From positions 433,566,001 to 433,630,000 of the forward strand of contig OZ024740.1 of the NCBI GenBank assembly GCA_964016885.1: a stretch of 64,000 nt of DNA, read 5' to 3'. Under the pieces are notes generated by a model. The model was not told where the DNA came from. It ran no database searches and was given only the letters and a program-made list of their open reading frames with translations. Each line of letters starts with the position of its first letter. Within the stretch, counting starts at the first letter, position 1. Origin of the DNA: Eledone cirrhosa. Lineage: Eukaryota. The translations under genes and the position numbers were made by a program. Below, in pieces: positions 14,189 to 27,300 of the stretch.

Positions 14189-14308
14189 CTCAGCCTCTTG
14201 TTCATTGCTCTGGACATGTCCATTAGCATCCAATGAGTGTAACGGAATTTCAACATTCTGATTATCTAATGAAGTTGTTGGTGGTTCTTGGTTTGGTCGA
14301 TTCAGAAG
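14189..14308 (-). CDS. Orphan internal exon of an unidentified gene (LLNRPNQEPPTTSLDNQNVEIPLHSLDANGHVQSNEQEAE)
   Basis: Minus-strand acceptor CTGCTGTTCATTTCAG| and donor GAG|GTAAGT. Length is 120 nt, open in phase 0-0, and more GC-rich than the flanks. No family recognised. Confidence 0.7.
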
Positions 14309-15024
14309 CTGAAATGAACAGCAGATATTTTAACACAAATAGTTTATGGTTACCAAGATGTTACACGGCCAATAAAGTTATTTAATTATTTTCATTTTTT
14401 TTTTTCATTTTAACTTAAAAAAAAGCAAAACTTTCATTTTAATTTAAAAAAAAGCAAAACTAAATTTTTATTTTTCATTTCCCAATAAAAATAAGACAAA
14501 TTATTTTTACAAGAATTTGTTTATTCAAGAAAATATTTTCCTTTGAGTGTCAAAAAAAAAAAAAAGATTAACGTTGCCACATTAAATTCAATTAATTTGT
14601 TACCAGAAACTTTTTTCTTTAAATCTATAGAATTTTATCACATTGCTATATTAAAGGAAAGACATTAAAAATTAAAATATTTGAATAATCTTCTACATTT
14701 GACCAAATTATTTTAAGCAAGATTTTATTTCATTAGAGCAATATTGACAAAGTATTTGTATGATTTTGAAACCAGCTGTAGCATATTTCTATCCAGGTAA
14801 ATTCTCTGTCCAGATAGATACTAACAACAGCTAGTTAGTTCATCAACAAGTTACACATGATAATATTTCTTACTCTGATATTAGACAGAAATTAACTTCT
14901 CTAAACTAACAATCACCCTATATATTGAAATAAAATACAAGAAAGAATCAAAGTTGTTGATGAAATATCATAGCGAGGGGGGGGGGGGGGGAAGAAGGCA
15001 AACAAGAAGAAGAAGGAAGAGGAG

Positions 15025-15308
15025 GATGAGTCATTTAACGTCCATTGTTCCACACTAGAGGGGTTTTGACCTATTTGAGGCAAGTCAGGCCAGGTGACCA
15101 TTTCTTGCTCATACAGAACTGTCTCTGGCTTGGTCTCCACAGCTGGATGCCCTTCCTAATGCCAACCACTTTACAGTGTGGGCTAGGCCCTTTTTGTCAC
15201 ATTACCTACATGACCACTTTACAGTGCAGGCTGGGTGCTTTTTGTCGTGACACCTACAGGACCACTTTACGGTGCAGGCTGGGTGCTTTTTGTCATGACA
15301 CCTACACA
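15025..15308 (-). mobile_element. 3' half of a SINE (family B) with three internal 48-bp tandem units
   Basis: Core GCTGGATGCCCTTCCTAATGCCAACC is shared with 58827-59030 and 60345-60790. ACCACTTTAC recurs at 15165, 15213 and 15261. Confidence 0.8.
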
Positions 15309-15309
15309 G

Positions 15310-18300
15310 TGTGTAGGAGAGAATACTATTGGTATATGGAGAAACTGGTATGTAGGAGAGAAGACTGTTGGTATATGGAGAAACTGGTGTGTAGGAGAGA
15401 AGACTGTGTTGGTATATGGAGAAACTGGTGTGTAGGGGAGAAGACTGTTGGTATATGGAGAAACTGGTGTGTAGGGGAGAAGACTGTTGGTATATGGAGA
15501 AACTGGTGTGTAGGAGAGAAGACTGTTGGTATATGGAGAAACTGGTGTGTAGGAGAGAAGACTGTTGGTATATGGAGAAACTGGTGTGTAGGGGAGAAGA
15601 CTGTTGGTATATGGAGAAACTGGTGTGTAGGAGAGAAGACTGTGTTGGTATATGGAGAAACTGGTGTGTAGGGGAGAATACTGTTGGTATATGGAGAAAC
15701 TGGTGTTTAGGAGAGAAGACTGTTGGTATATGGAGAAACTGGTATGTAGGAGAGAAGACTGTTGGTATATGGAGAAACTGGTGTGTAGGAGAGAAGACTG
15801 TTGGTATATGGAGAAACTGGTGTGTAGGAGAGAAGACTGTTGGTATATGGAGAAACTGGTGTGTAGGAGAGAAGACTGTGTTGGTATATGGAGAAACTGG
15901 TGTGTAGGAGAGAAGACTGTTGGTATATGGAGAAACTGGTGTGTAGGAGAGAAGACTGTTGGTATATGGAGAAACTGGTGTGTAGGGGAGAAGACTGTTG
16001 GTATATGGAGAAACTGGTGTGTAGGAGAGAAGACAGTTGGTATATGGAGAAACTGGTGTGTAGGAGAGAAGACTGTTGGTATATGGAGAAACTGGTGTGT
16101 AGGAGAGAAGACTGTGTTGGTATATGGAGAAACTGTGTGTAGGAGAGAAGACTGTTGGTATATGGAGAAACTGGTGTGTAGGAGAGAAGACAGTTGGTAT
16201 ATCGAGAAACTGGTGTGTAGGGGAGAAGAGTGTTGTATATGGAGAAACTGGTGTGTAGGAGAGAAGACTGTGTTGGTATATGGAGAAACTGGTGTGTAGG
16301 AGAGAAGACTGTTGGTATATGGAGAAACTGGTGTAGGAGAGAAGACTGTGTTGGTATATGGAGAAACTGGTGTGTAGGAGAGAAGACTGTGTTGGTATAT
16401 GGAGAAACTGGTGTGTAGGAGAGAAGACTGTGTTGGTATATGGAGAAACTGGTGTGTAGGAGAGAAGACTGTTGGTATATGGAGAACTGGTGTGTAGGAG
16501 AGAAGACTGTGTTGGTATATGGAGAAACTGGTGTGTAGGAGAGAAGACTGTTGGTATATGGAGAAACTGGTGTGTAGGAGAGAAGACTGTTGTATATGGA
16601 GAAACTGGTGTGTAGGAGAGAAGACTGTGTTGGTATATGGAGAAACTGGTGTGTAGGGAGAAGACTGTTGGTATATGGAGAAACTGGTGTGGTAGGAGAG
16701 AAGACTGTGTTGGTATATGGAGAAACTGGTATGTAGGGGAGAAGACTGTGTTGGTATATGGAGAAACTGGTATGTAGGCGAGAAGACTGTTGGTATATGG
16801 AGAAACTGGTGTGTAGGAGAGAAGACTGTGTTGGTATATGGAGAAACTAGTGTGTAGGAGAGAAGACTGTGTTGGTATATGGAGAAACTGGTGTGTAGGA
16901 GAGAAGACTGTGTTGGTATATGGAGAAACTGGTGTGTAGGAGAGAAGACTGTTGGCATATGTAGAAACTGGTGTGTAGGGGAGAAGACTGTTGGTATATG
17001 GAGAAACTGGTGTGTAGGGGAGAAGACTGTTGGTATATGGAGAAACTGGTGTGTAGGAGAGAAGACTTGGTATATGGAGAAACTGGTGTGTAGGAGAGAA
17101 GACTGTGTTGGTATATGGAGAAACTGGTGTGTAGGAGAGAAGACTTGGTATATGGAGAAACTGGTGTGTAGGAGAGAAGACTGTGTTGGTATATGGAGAA
17201 ACTGGTGTGTAGGAGAGAAGACTGTGTTGGTATATGGAGAAACTGGTGTGTAGGGGAGAAGACTGTGTTGGTATATGGAGAAACTGGTGTGTAGGAGAGA
17301 AGACTGTGTTGGTATATGGAGGAACTGGTGTGTAGGGGAGAAGACTGTGTTGGTATATGGCGAAACTGGTGTGTAGGAGAGAAGACTGTTGGTATATGGA
17401 GAAACTGGTGTGTAGGGGAGAAGACTGTTGGTATATGGAGAAACTGGTGTGTAGGAGAGAAGACTGTTGGTATATGGAGAAACTGGTGTGTAGGAGAGAA
17501 GACTGTGTTGGTATATGGAGAAACTGGTGTGTAGGAGAGAAGACTGTTGGTATATGGAGAAACTGGTGTGTAGGAGAGAAGACAGTTGGTATATCGAGAA
17601 ACTGGTGTGTAGGGGAGAAGAGTGTTGGTATATGGAGAAACTGGTGTGTAGGAGAGAAGACTGTGTTGGTATATGGAGAAACTGGTGTGTAGGAGAGAAG
17701 ACTGTTGGTATATGGAGAAACTGGTGTAGGAGAGAAGACTGTGTTGGTATATGGAGAAACTGGTGTGTAGGAGAGAAGACTGTGTTGGTATATGGAGAAA
17801 CTGGTGTGTAGGAGAGAAGACTGTGTTGGTATATGGAGAAACTGGTGTGTAGGAGAGAAGACTGTTGGTATATGGAGAAACTGGTGTGTAGGAGAGAAGA
17901 CTGTGTTGGTATATGGAGAAACTGGTGTGTAGGAGAGAAGACTGTTGGTATATGGAGAAACTGGTGTGTAGGAGAGAAGACTGTTGGTATATGGAGAAAC
18001 TGGTGTGTAGGAGAGAAGACTGTGTTGGTATATGGAGAAACTGGTGTGTAGGGGAGAAGACTGTTGGTATATGGAGAAACTGGTGTGTAGGAGAGAAGAC
18101 TGTGTTGGTATATGGAGAAACTGGTATGTAGGGGAGAAGACTGTGTTGGTATATGGAGAAACTGGTATGTAGGCGAGAAGACTGTTGGTATATGGAGAAA
18201 CTGGTGTGTAGGAGAGAAGACTGTGTTGGTATATGGAGAAACTGGTGTGTAGGAGAGAAGACTGTGTTGGTATATGGAGAAACTGGTGTGTAGGAGAGAA

Positions 18301-21300
18301 GACTGTGTTGGTATATGGAGAAACTGGTGTGTAGGAGAGAAGACTGTTGGCATATGTAGAAACTGGTGTGTAGGGGAGAAGACTGTTGGTATATGGAGAA
18401 ACTGGTGTGTAGGGAGAAGACTGTTGGTATATGGAGAAACTGGTGTGTAGGAGAGAAGACTTGGTATATGGAGAAACTGGTGTGTAGGAGAGAAGACTGT
18501 GTTGGTATATGGAGAAACTGGTGTGTAGGAGAGAAGACTTGGTATATGGAGAAACTGGTGTGTAGGAGAGAAGACTGTGTTGGTATATGGAGAAACTGGT
18601 GTGTAGGAGAGAAGACTGTGTTGGTATATGGAGAAACTGGTGTGTAGGGGAGAAGACTGTGTTGGTATATGGAGAAACTGGTGTGTAGGAGAGAAGACTG
18701 TGTTGGTATATGGAGGAACTGGTGTGTAGGGGAGAAGACTGTGTTGGTATATGGCGAAACTGGTGTGTAGGAGAGAAGACTGTTGGTATATGGAGAAACT
18801 GGTGTGTAGGAGAGAAGACTGTTGGTATATGGAGAAACTGGTGTGTAGGAGAGAAGACTGTGTTGGTATATGGAGAAACTGGTGTGTAGGAGAGAAGACT
18901 GTTGGTATATGGAGAAACTGGTGTGTAGGAGAGAAGACTGTGTTGGTATATGGAGAAACTGGTGTGTAGGAGAGAAGACTGTGTTGGTATATGGAGAAAC
19001 TGGTGTGTAGGGGAGAAGACTGTTGGTATATGGAGAAACTGGTGTGTAGGGGAGAAGACTGTTGGTATATGGAGAAACTGGTGTGTAGGAGAGAAGACTG
19101 TTGGTATATGGAGAAACTGGTGTGTAGGAGAGAAGACTGTTGGTATATGGAGAAACTGGTGTGTAGGGGAGAAGACTGTTGGTATATGGAGAAACTGGTG
19201 TGTAGGAGAGAAGACTGTGTTGGTATATGGAGAAACTGGTGTGTAGGGGAGAATACTGTTGGTATATGGAGAAACTGGTGTTTAGGAGAGAAGACTGTTG
19301 GTATATGGAGAAACTGGTATGTAGGAGAGAAGACTGTTGGTATATGGAGAAACTGGTGTGTAGGAGAGAAGACTGTTGGTATATGGAGAAACTGGTGTGT
19401 AGGAGAGAAGACTGTTGGTATATGGAGAAACTGGTGTGTAGGAGAGAAGACTGTGTTGGTATATGGAGAAACTGGTGTGTAGGAGAGAAGACTGTTGGTA
19501 TATGGAGAAACTGGTGTGTAGTAGAGAAGACTGTTGGTATATGGAGAAACTGGTGTGTAGGGGAGAAGACTGTTGGTATATGGAGAAACTGGTGTGTAGG
19601 AGAGAAGACAGTTGGTATATGGAGAAACTGGTGTGTAGGAGAGAAGACTGTTGGTATATGGAGAAACTGGTGTGTAGGAGAGAAGACTGTGTTGGTATAT
19701 GGAGAAACTGGTGTGTAGGAGAGAAGACTGTTGGTATATGGAGAAACTGGTGTGTAGGAGAGAAGACAGTTGGTATATCGAGAAACTGGTGTGTAGGGGA
19801 GAAGAGTGTTGGTATATGGAGAAACTGGTGTGTAGGAGAGAAGACTGTGTTGGTATATGGAGAAACTGGTGTGTAGGAGAGAAGACTGTTGGTATATGGA
19901 GAAACTGGTGTAGGAGAGAAGACTCTGTTGGTATATGGAGAAACTGGTGTGTAGGAGAGAAGACTGTGTTGGTATATGGAGAAACTGGTGTGTAGGAGAG
20001 AAGACTGTGTTGGTATATGGAGAAACTGGTGTGTAGGAGAGAAGACTGTTGGTATATGGAGAAACTGGTGTGTAGGAGAGAAGACTGTGTTGGTATATGG
20101 AGAAACTGGTGTGTAGGAGAGAAGACTGTTGGTATATGGAGAAACTGGTGTGTAGGAGAGAAGACTGTTGGTATATGGAGAAACTGGTGTGTAGGAGAGA
20201 AGACTGTGTTGGTATATGGAGAAACTGGTGTGTAGGGGAGAAGACTGTTGGTATATGGAGAAACTGGTGTGTAGGAGAGAAGACTGTGTTGGTATACTGG
20301 TGAGGAAAACTGTGTTGACTGTTAGGAGAGAAGACTGTGTTGGTATATGGAGAAACTGGTATGTAGGCGAGAAGACTGTTGGTATATGGAGAAACTGGTG
20401 TGTAGGAGAGAAGACTGTTGGTATATGGAGAAACTGGTGTGTAGGAGAGAAGACTGTGTTGGTATATGGAGAAACTGGTGTGTAGGAGAGAAGACTGTGT
20501 TGGTATATGGAGAAACTGGTTGTGTATGGAGACGGAAGACTGTTGGGCATATGTAGAAACTGGTGTGTAGGGGAGTGGAGAAACTGGTGTGTAGGGGAGA
20601 AGACTGTTGGTATATGGAGAAACTGGTGTGTAGGAGAGAAGACTTGGTATATGGAGAAACTGGTGTGTAGGAGAGAAGACTGTGTTGGTATATGGAGAAA
20701 CTGGTGTGTAGGAGAGAAGACTTGGTATATGGAGAAACTGGTGTGTAGGAGAGAAGACTGTGTTGGTATATGGAGAAACTGGTGTGTAGGAGAGAAGACT
20801 GTGTTGGTATATGGAGAAACTGGTGTGTAGGGGAGAAGACTGTGTTGGTATATGGAGAAACTGGTGTGTAGGAGAGAAGACTGTGTTGGTATATGGAGGA
20901 ACTGGTGTGTAGGGGAGAAGACTGTGTTGGTATATGGCGAAACTGGTGTGTAGGAGAGAAGACTGTTGGTATATGGAGAAACTGGTGTGTAGGGGAGAAG
21001 ACTGTTGGTATATGGAGAAACTGGTGTGTAGGAGAGAAGACTGTTGGTATATGGAGAAACTGGTGTGTAGGAGAGAAGACTGTTGGTATATGGAGAAACT
21101 GGTGTGTAGGAGAGAAGACAGTTGGTATATCGAGAAACTGGTGTGTAGGGGAGAAGAGTGTTGGTATATGGAGAAACTGGTGTGTAGGAGAGAAGACTGT
21201 GTTGGTATATGGAGAAACTGGTGTGTAGGAGAGAAGACTGTTGGTATATGGAGAAACTGGTGTAGGAGAGAAGACTGTGTTGGTATATGGAGAAACTGGT

Positions 21301-24300
21301 GTGTAGGAGAGAAGACTGTGTTGGTATATGGAGAAACTGGTGTGTAGGAGAGAAGACTGTGTTGGTATATGGAGAAACTGGTGTGTAGGAGAGAAGACTG
21401 TTGGTATATGGAGAAACTGGTGTGTAGGAGAGAAGACTGTGTTGGTATATGGAGAAACTGGTGTGTAGGAGAGAAGACTGTTGGTATATGGAGAAACTGG
21501 TGTGTAGGAGAGAAGACTGTTGGTATATGGAGAAACTGGTGTGTAGGAGAGAAGACTGTGTTGGTATATGGAGAAACTGGTGTGTAGGGGAGAAGACTGT
21601 TGGTATATGGAGAAACTGGTGTGTAGGAGAGAAGACTGTGTTGGTATATGGAGAAACTGGTATGTAGGGGAGAAGACTGTGTTGGTATATGGAGAAACTG
21701 GTATGTAGGCGAGAAGACTGTTGGTATATGGAGAAACTGGTGTGTAGGAGAGAAGACTGTGTTGGTATATGGAGAAACTGGTGTGTAGGAGAGAAGACTG
21801 TGTTGGTATATGGAGAAACTGGTGTGTAGGAGAGAAGACTGTGTTGGTATATGGAGAAACTGGTGTGTAGGAGAGAAGACTGTTGGCATATGTAGAAACT
21901 GGTGTGTAGGGGAGAAGACTGTTGGTATATAGAGAAACTGGTGTGTAGGGGAGAAGACTGTTGGTATATGGAGAAACTGGTGTGTAGGAGAGAAGACTTG
22001 GTATATGGAGAAACTGGTGTGTAGGAGAGAAGACTGTGTTGGTATATGGAGAAACTGGTGTGTAGGAGAGAAGACTTGGTATATGGAGAAACTGGTGTGT
22101 AGGAGAGAAGACTGTGTTGGTATATGGAGAAACTGGTGTGTAGGAGAGAAGACTGTGTTGGTATATGGAGAAACTGGTGTGTAGGGGAGAAGACTGTGTT
22201 GGTATATGGAGAAACTGGTGTGTAGGAGAGAAGACTGTGTTGGTATATGGAGGAACTGGTGTGTAGGGGAGAAGACTGTGTTGGTATATGGCGAAACTGG
22301 TGTGTAGGAGAGAAGACTGTTGGTATATGGAGAAACTGGTGTGTAGGAGAGAAGACTGTTGGTATATGGAGAAACTGGTGTGTAGGAGAGAAGACTGTCT
22401 TGGTATATGGAGAAACTGGTGTGTAGGAGAGAAGACTGTTGGTATATGGAGAAACTGGTGTGTAGGAGAGAAGACTGTGTTGGTATATGGAGAAACTGGT
22501 GTGTAGGAGAGAAGACTGTGTTGGTATATGGAGAAACTGGTGTGTAGGAGAGAAGACTGTTGGTATATGGAGAAACTGGTGTGCAGGGGAGAAGACTGTG
22601 TTGGTATATGGAGAAACTGGTGTGTAGGAGAGAAGACTGTGTTGGTATATGGAGAAACTGGTGTGTAGGAGAGAAGACTGTTGGTATATGGAGAAACTGG
22701 TGTGTAGGAGAGAAGACTGTGTTGGTATATGGAGAAACTGGTGTGTAGGAGAGAAGACTGTTGGTATATGGACAAACTGGTGTGTAGGATAGAAGACTGT
22801 TGGTATATGGAGGAACTGGTGTGTAGGAGAGAAGACTGTTGGTATATGGAGGAACTGGTGTGTAGGAGAGAAGACTGTTGGTATATGGAGAAACTGGTAT
22901 GTAGGAGAGAAGACTGTTGCTATATGGAGAAACTGGTGTGTAGGGGAGAAGACTGTGTTGGTATATGGAGAAACTGGTGTGTAGGAGAGAAGACTGTGTT
23001 GGTATATGGAGAAACTGGTGTGTAGGAGAGAAGACTTGGTGTATGGAGAAACTGGTGTGTAGGAGAGAAGACTGTGTTGGTATATGGAGAAACTGGTGTG
23101 TAGGAGAGAAGACTTGGTATATGGAGAAACTGGTGTGTAGGGGAGAAGACTGTGTTGGTATATGGAGAAACTGGTGTGTAGGAGAGAAGACTGTGTTGGT
23201 ATATGGAGAAACTGGTGTGTAGGGGAGAAGACTGTGTTGGTATATGGAGAAACTGGTGTGTAGGAGAGAAGACTGTGTTGGTATATGGAGGAACTGGTGT
23301 GTAGGGGAGAAGACTGTTGGTATATGGAGAAACTGGTGTGTAGGAGAGAAGACTGTGTTGGTATATGGAGAAACTGGTGTGTAGGAGAGAAGACTGTTGG
23401 TATATGGAAAAACTGGTGTGTAGGACAGAAGACTGTTGGTATATGGAGAATCTGGTGTGTAGGAGAGAAGACTGTGTTGGTATATGGAGAAACTGGTGTG
23501 TAGGAGAGAAGACTGTGTTGGTATATGGAGAAACTGGTGTGTAGGAGAGAAGACTGTTGGTATATGGAGAAACTGGTGTGTAGGAGAGAAGACTGTTGGT
23601 ATATGGAGAAACTGGTGTGTAGGAGAGAAGACTGTGTTGGTATATGGAGAAACTGGTGTGTAGGAGAGAAGACTGTTGGTATATGGAGAAACTGGTGTGT
23701 AGGAGAGAAGACTGTGTTGGTATATGGAGAAACTGGTGTGTAGGAGAGAAGACTGTGTTGGTATATGGAGAAACCGGTGTGTAGGAGAGAAGACTGTTGG
23801 TATATGTAGAAACTGGTGTGTAGGGGAGAAGACTGTGTTGGTATATGGAGAAACTGGTGTGTAGGAGAGAAGACTGTGTTGGTATATGGAGAAACTGGTG
23901 TGTAGGAGAGAAGACTGTTGGTATATGGAGAAACTGGTGTGTAGGTGAGAAGACTGTGTTGGTATATGGAGAAACTGGTGTGTAGGAGAGAAGACTGTTG
24001 GTATATGGAGAAACTGGTGTGTAGGAGAGAAGACTGTGTTGGTATATGGAGAAACTGGTGTGTAGGAGAGAAGACTGTGTTGGTATATGGAGAAACTGGT
24101 GTGTAGGAGAGAAGACTGTTGGTATATGGAGAAACTGGTGTGTAGGGGAGAAGACTGTGTTGGTATATGGAGAAACTGGTGTGTAGGAGAGAAGACTGTG
24201 TTGGTATATGGAGAAACTGGTGTGTAGGAGAGAAGACTGTTGGTATATGGAGAAACTGGTGTGTAGGAGAGAAGACTGTGTTGGTATATGGAGAAACTGG

Positions 24301-27300
24301 TGTGTAGGAGAGAAGACTGTTGGTATATGGAGAAACTGGTGTGTAGGAGAGAAGACTGTGTTGGTATATGGAGAAACTGGTGTGTAGGAGAGAAGACTGT
24401 GTTGGTATATGGAGAAAGTGGTGTGTAGGAGAGAAGACTGTTGGTATATGGAGAAACTGGTGTGTAGGGGAGAAGACTGTGTTGGTATATGGAGAAACTG
24501 GTGTGTAGGAGAGAAGACTGTGTTGGTATATGGAGAAACTGGTGTGTAGGATAGAAGACTGTTGGTATATGGAGGAACTGGTGTGTAGGAGAGAAGACTG
24601 TTGGTATATGGAGAAACTGGTATGTAGGAGAGAAGACTGTTGCTATATGGAGAAACTGGTGTGTAGGGGAGAAAACTGTGTTGGTATATGGAGAAACTGG
24701 TGTGTAGGAGAGAAGACTGTGTTGGTATATGGAGAAACTGGTGTGTAGGAGAGAAGACTTGGTATATGGAGAAACTGGTGTGTAGGAGAGAAGACTGTGT
24801 TGGTATATGGAGAAACTGGTGTGTAGGAGAGAAGACTTGGTATATGGAGAAACTGGTATGTAGGGGAGAAGACTGTGTTGGTATATGGAGAAACTGGTGT
24901 GTAGGAGAGAAGACTGTGTTGGTATATGGAGAAACTGGTGTGTAGGGGAGAAGACTGTGTTGGTATATGGAGAAACTGGTGTGTAGGAGAGAAGACTGTG
25001 TTGGTATATGGAGGAACTGGTGTGTAGGGGAGAAGACTGTTGGTATATGGAGAATCTGGTGTGTAGGAGAGAAGACTGTGTTGGTATATGGAGAAACTGG
25101 TGTGTAGGAGAGAAGACTGTGTTGGTATATGGAGAAACTGGTGTGTAGGAGAGAAGACTGTTGGTATATGGAGAAACTGGTGTGTAGGAGAGAAGACTGT
25201 GTTGGTATATGGAGAAACTGGTGTGTAGGAGAGAAGACTGTGTTGGTATATGGAGAAACTGGTGTGTAGGGGAGAAGACTGTGTTGGTATATCGAGAAAC
25301 TGGTGTGTAGGAGAGAAGACTGTGTTGGTATATGGAGGAACTGGTGTGTAGGGGAGAAGACTGTTGGTATATGGAGAAACTGGTGTGTAGGAGAGAAGAC
25401 TGTTGGTATATGGAGAAACTGGTGTGTAGGAGAGAAGACTGTTGGTATATGGAGAAACTGGTGTGTAGGAGAGAAGACTGTTGGTATATGGAGAAACTGG
25501 TGTGTAGGAGAGAAGACTGTGTTGGTATATGGAGAAACTGGTGTGTAGGAGAGAAGACTGTTGGTATATGGAGAAACTGGTGTGTAGGAGAGAAGACTGT
25601 GTTGGTATATGGAGAAACTGGTGTGTAGGAGAGAAGACTGTGTTGGTATATGGAGAAACTGGTGTGTAGGAGAGAAGACTGTTGGTATATGGAGAAACTG
25701 GTGTGTAGGGGAGAAGACTGTGTTGGTATATGGAGAAACTGGTGTGTAGGAGAGAAGACTGTGTTGGTATATGGAGAAACTGGTGTGTAGGAGAGAAGAC
25801 TGTGTTGGTATATGGAGAAACTGGTGTGTAGGAGAGAAGACTGTTGGTATATGGAGAAACTGGTGTGTAGGAGAGAAGACTGTGTTGGTATATGGAGAAA
25901 CTGGTGTGTAGGAGAGAAGACTGTTGGTATATGGAGAAACTGGTGTGTAGGAGAGAAGACTGTGTTGGTATATGGAGAAACTGGTGTGTAGGGGAGAAGA
26001 CTGTGTTGGTATATGGAGAAACTGGTGTGTAGGAGAGAAGACTGTGTTGGTATATGGAGAAACTGGTGTGTAGGGGAGAAGACTGTGTTGGTATATGGAG
26101 AAACTGGTGTGTAGGAGAGAAGACTGTGTTGGTATATGGAGAAACTGGTGTGTAGGAGAGAAGACTGTGTTGGTATATGGAGAAACTGGTGTGTAGGGGA
26201 GAAGACTGTGTTGGTATATGGAGAAACTGGTGTGTAGGAGAGAAGACTGTGTTGGTATATGGAGAAACTGGTGTGTAGGAGAGAAGACTGTGTTGGTATA
26301 TGGAGAAACTGGTGTGTAGGAGAGAAGACTGTTGGTATATGGAGAAACTGGTGTGTACGGGAGAAGACTGTTGGTATATGGAGAAACTGGTGTGTAGGAG
26401 AGAAGACTGTTGGTATATGGAGAAACTGGTGTGTAGGAGAGAAGACTGTTGGTATATGGAGAAACTGGTGTGTAGGAGAGAAGACTGTTGGCATATGGAG
26501 AAACTGGTGTGTAGGGGAGAAGACTGTGTTGGTATATGGAGAAACTGGTGTGTAGGAGAGAAGACTGTGTTGGTATATGGAGAAACTGGTGTGTAGGAGA
26601 GAAGACTGTGTTGGTATATGGAGGAACTGGTGTGTAGGAGAGAAGACTGTTGGTATATGGAGAAACTGGTGTGTAGGAGAGAAGACTGTGTTGGTATATG
26701 ATGAAACTGGTGTGTAGGAGAGAAGACCGTGTTGGTATATGGAGAAACTGCTGTGTAGGAGAGAAGACTGTTGGTATATGGAGAAACTGGTGTGTAGGAG
26801 AGAAGACTGTTGGTATATGGAGAAACTGGTGTGTAGGAGAGAAGACTGTTGGTATATGGAGAAACTGGTGTGTAGGAGAGAAGACTGTTGGTATATGTAG
26901 GAACTGGTGTGTAGGAGAGAAGACTGTGTTGGTATATGGAGGAACTGGTGTGTAGGAGAGAAGACTGTTGGTATATGGAGAAACTGGTGTGTAGGGGAGA
27001 AGACTGTGTTGGTATATGGAGAAACTGCTGTGTAGGAGAGAAGACTGTTGGTATATGGAGAAACTGGTGTGTAGGGGAGAAGACTGTTGGTATATGGAGA
27101 AACTGGTGTGTAGGAGAGAAGACTGTTGGTATATGGAGAAACTGGTGTGTAGGAGAGAAGACTGTGTTGGTATATGGAGAAACTGGTGTGTAGGAGAGAA
27201 GACTGTGTTGGTATATGGAGGAACTGGTGTGTAGGGGAGAAGACTGTTGGTATATGGAGAAACTGGTGTGTAGGAGAGAAGACTGTTGGTATATGGAGAA

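Noticed and set aside
20295-20580. Aberrant monomers inside the 39/41-bp satellite
   Set aside because: Clustered indels in a block that is clean in its duplicate copy look like consensus or read errors.
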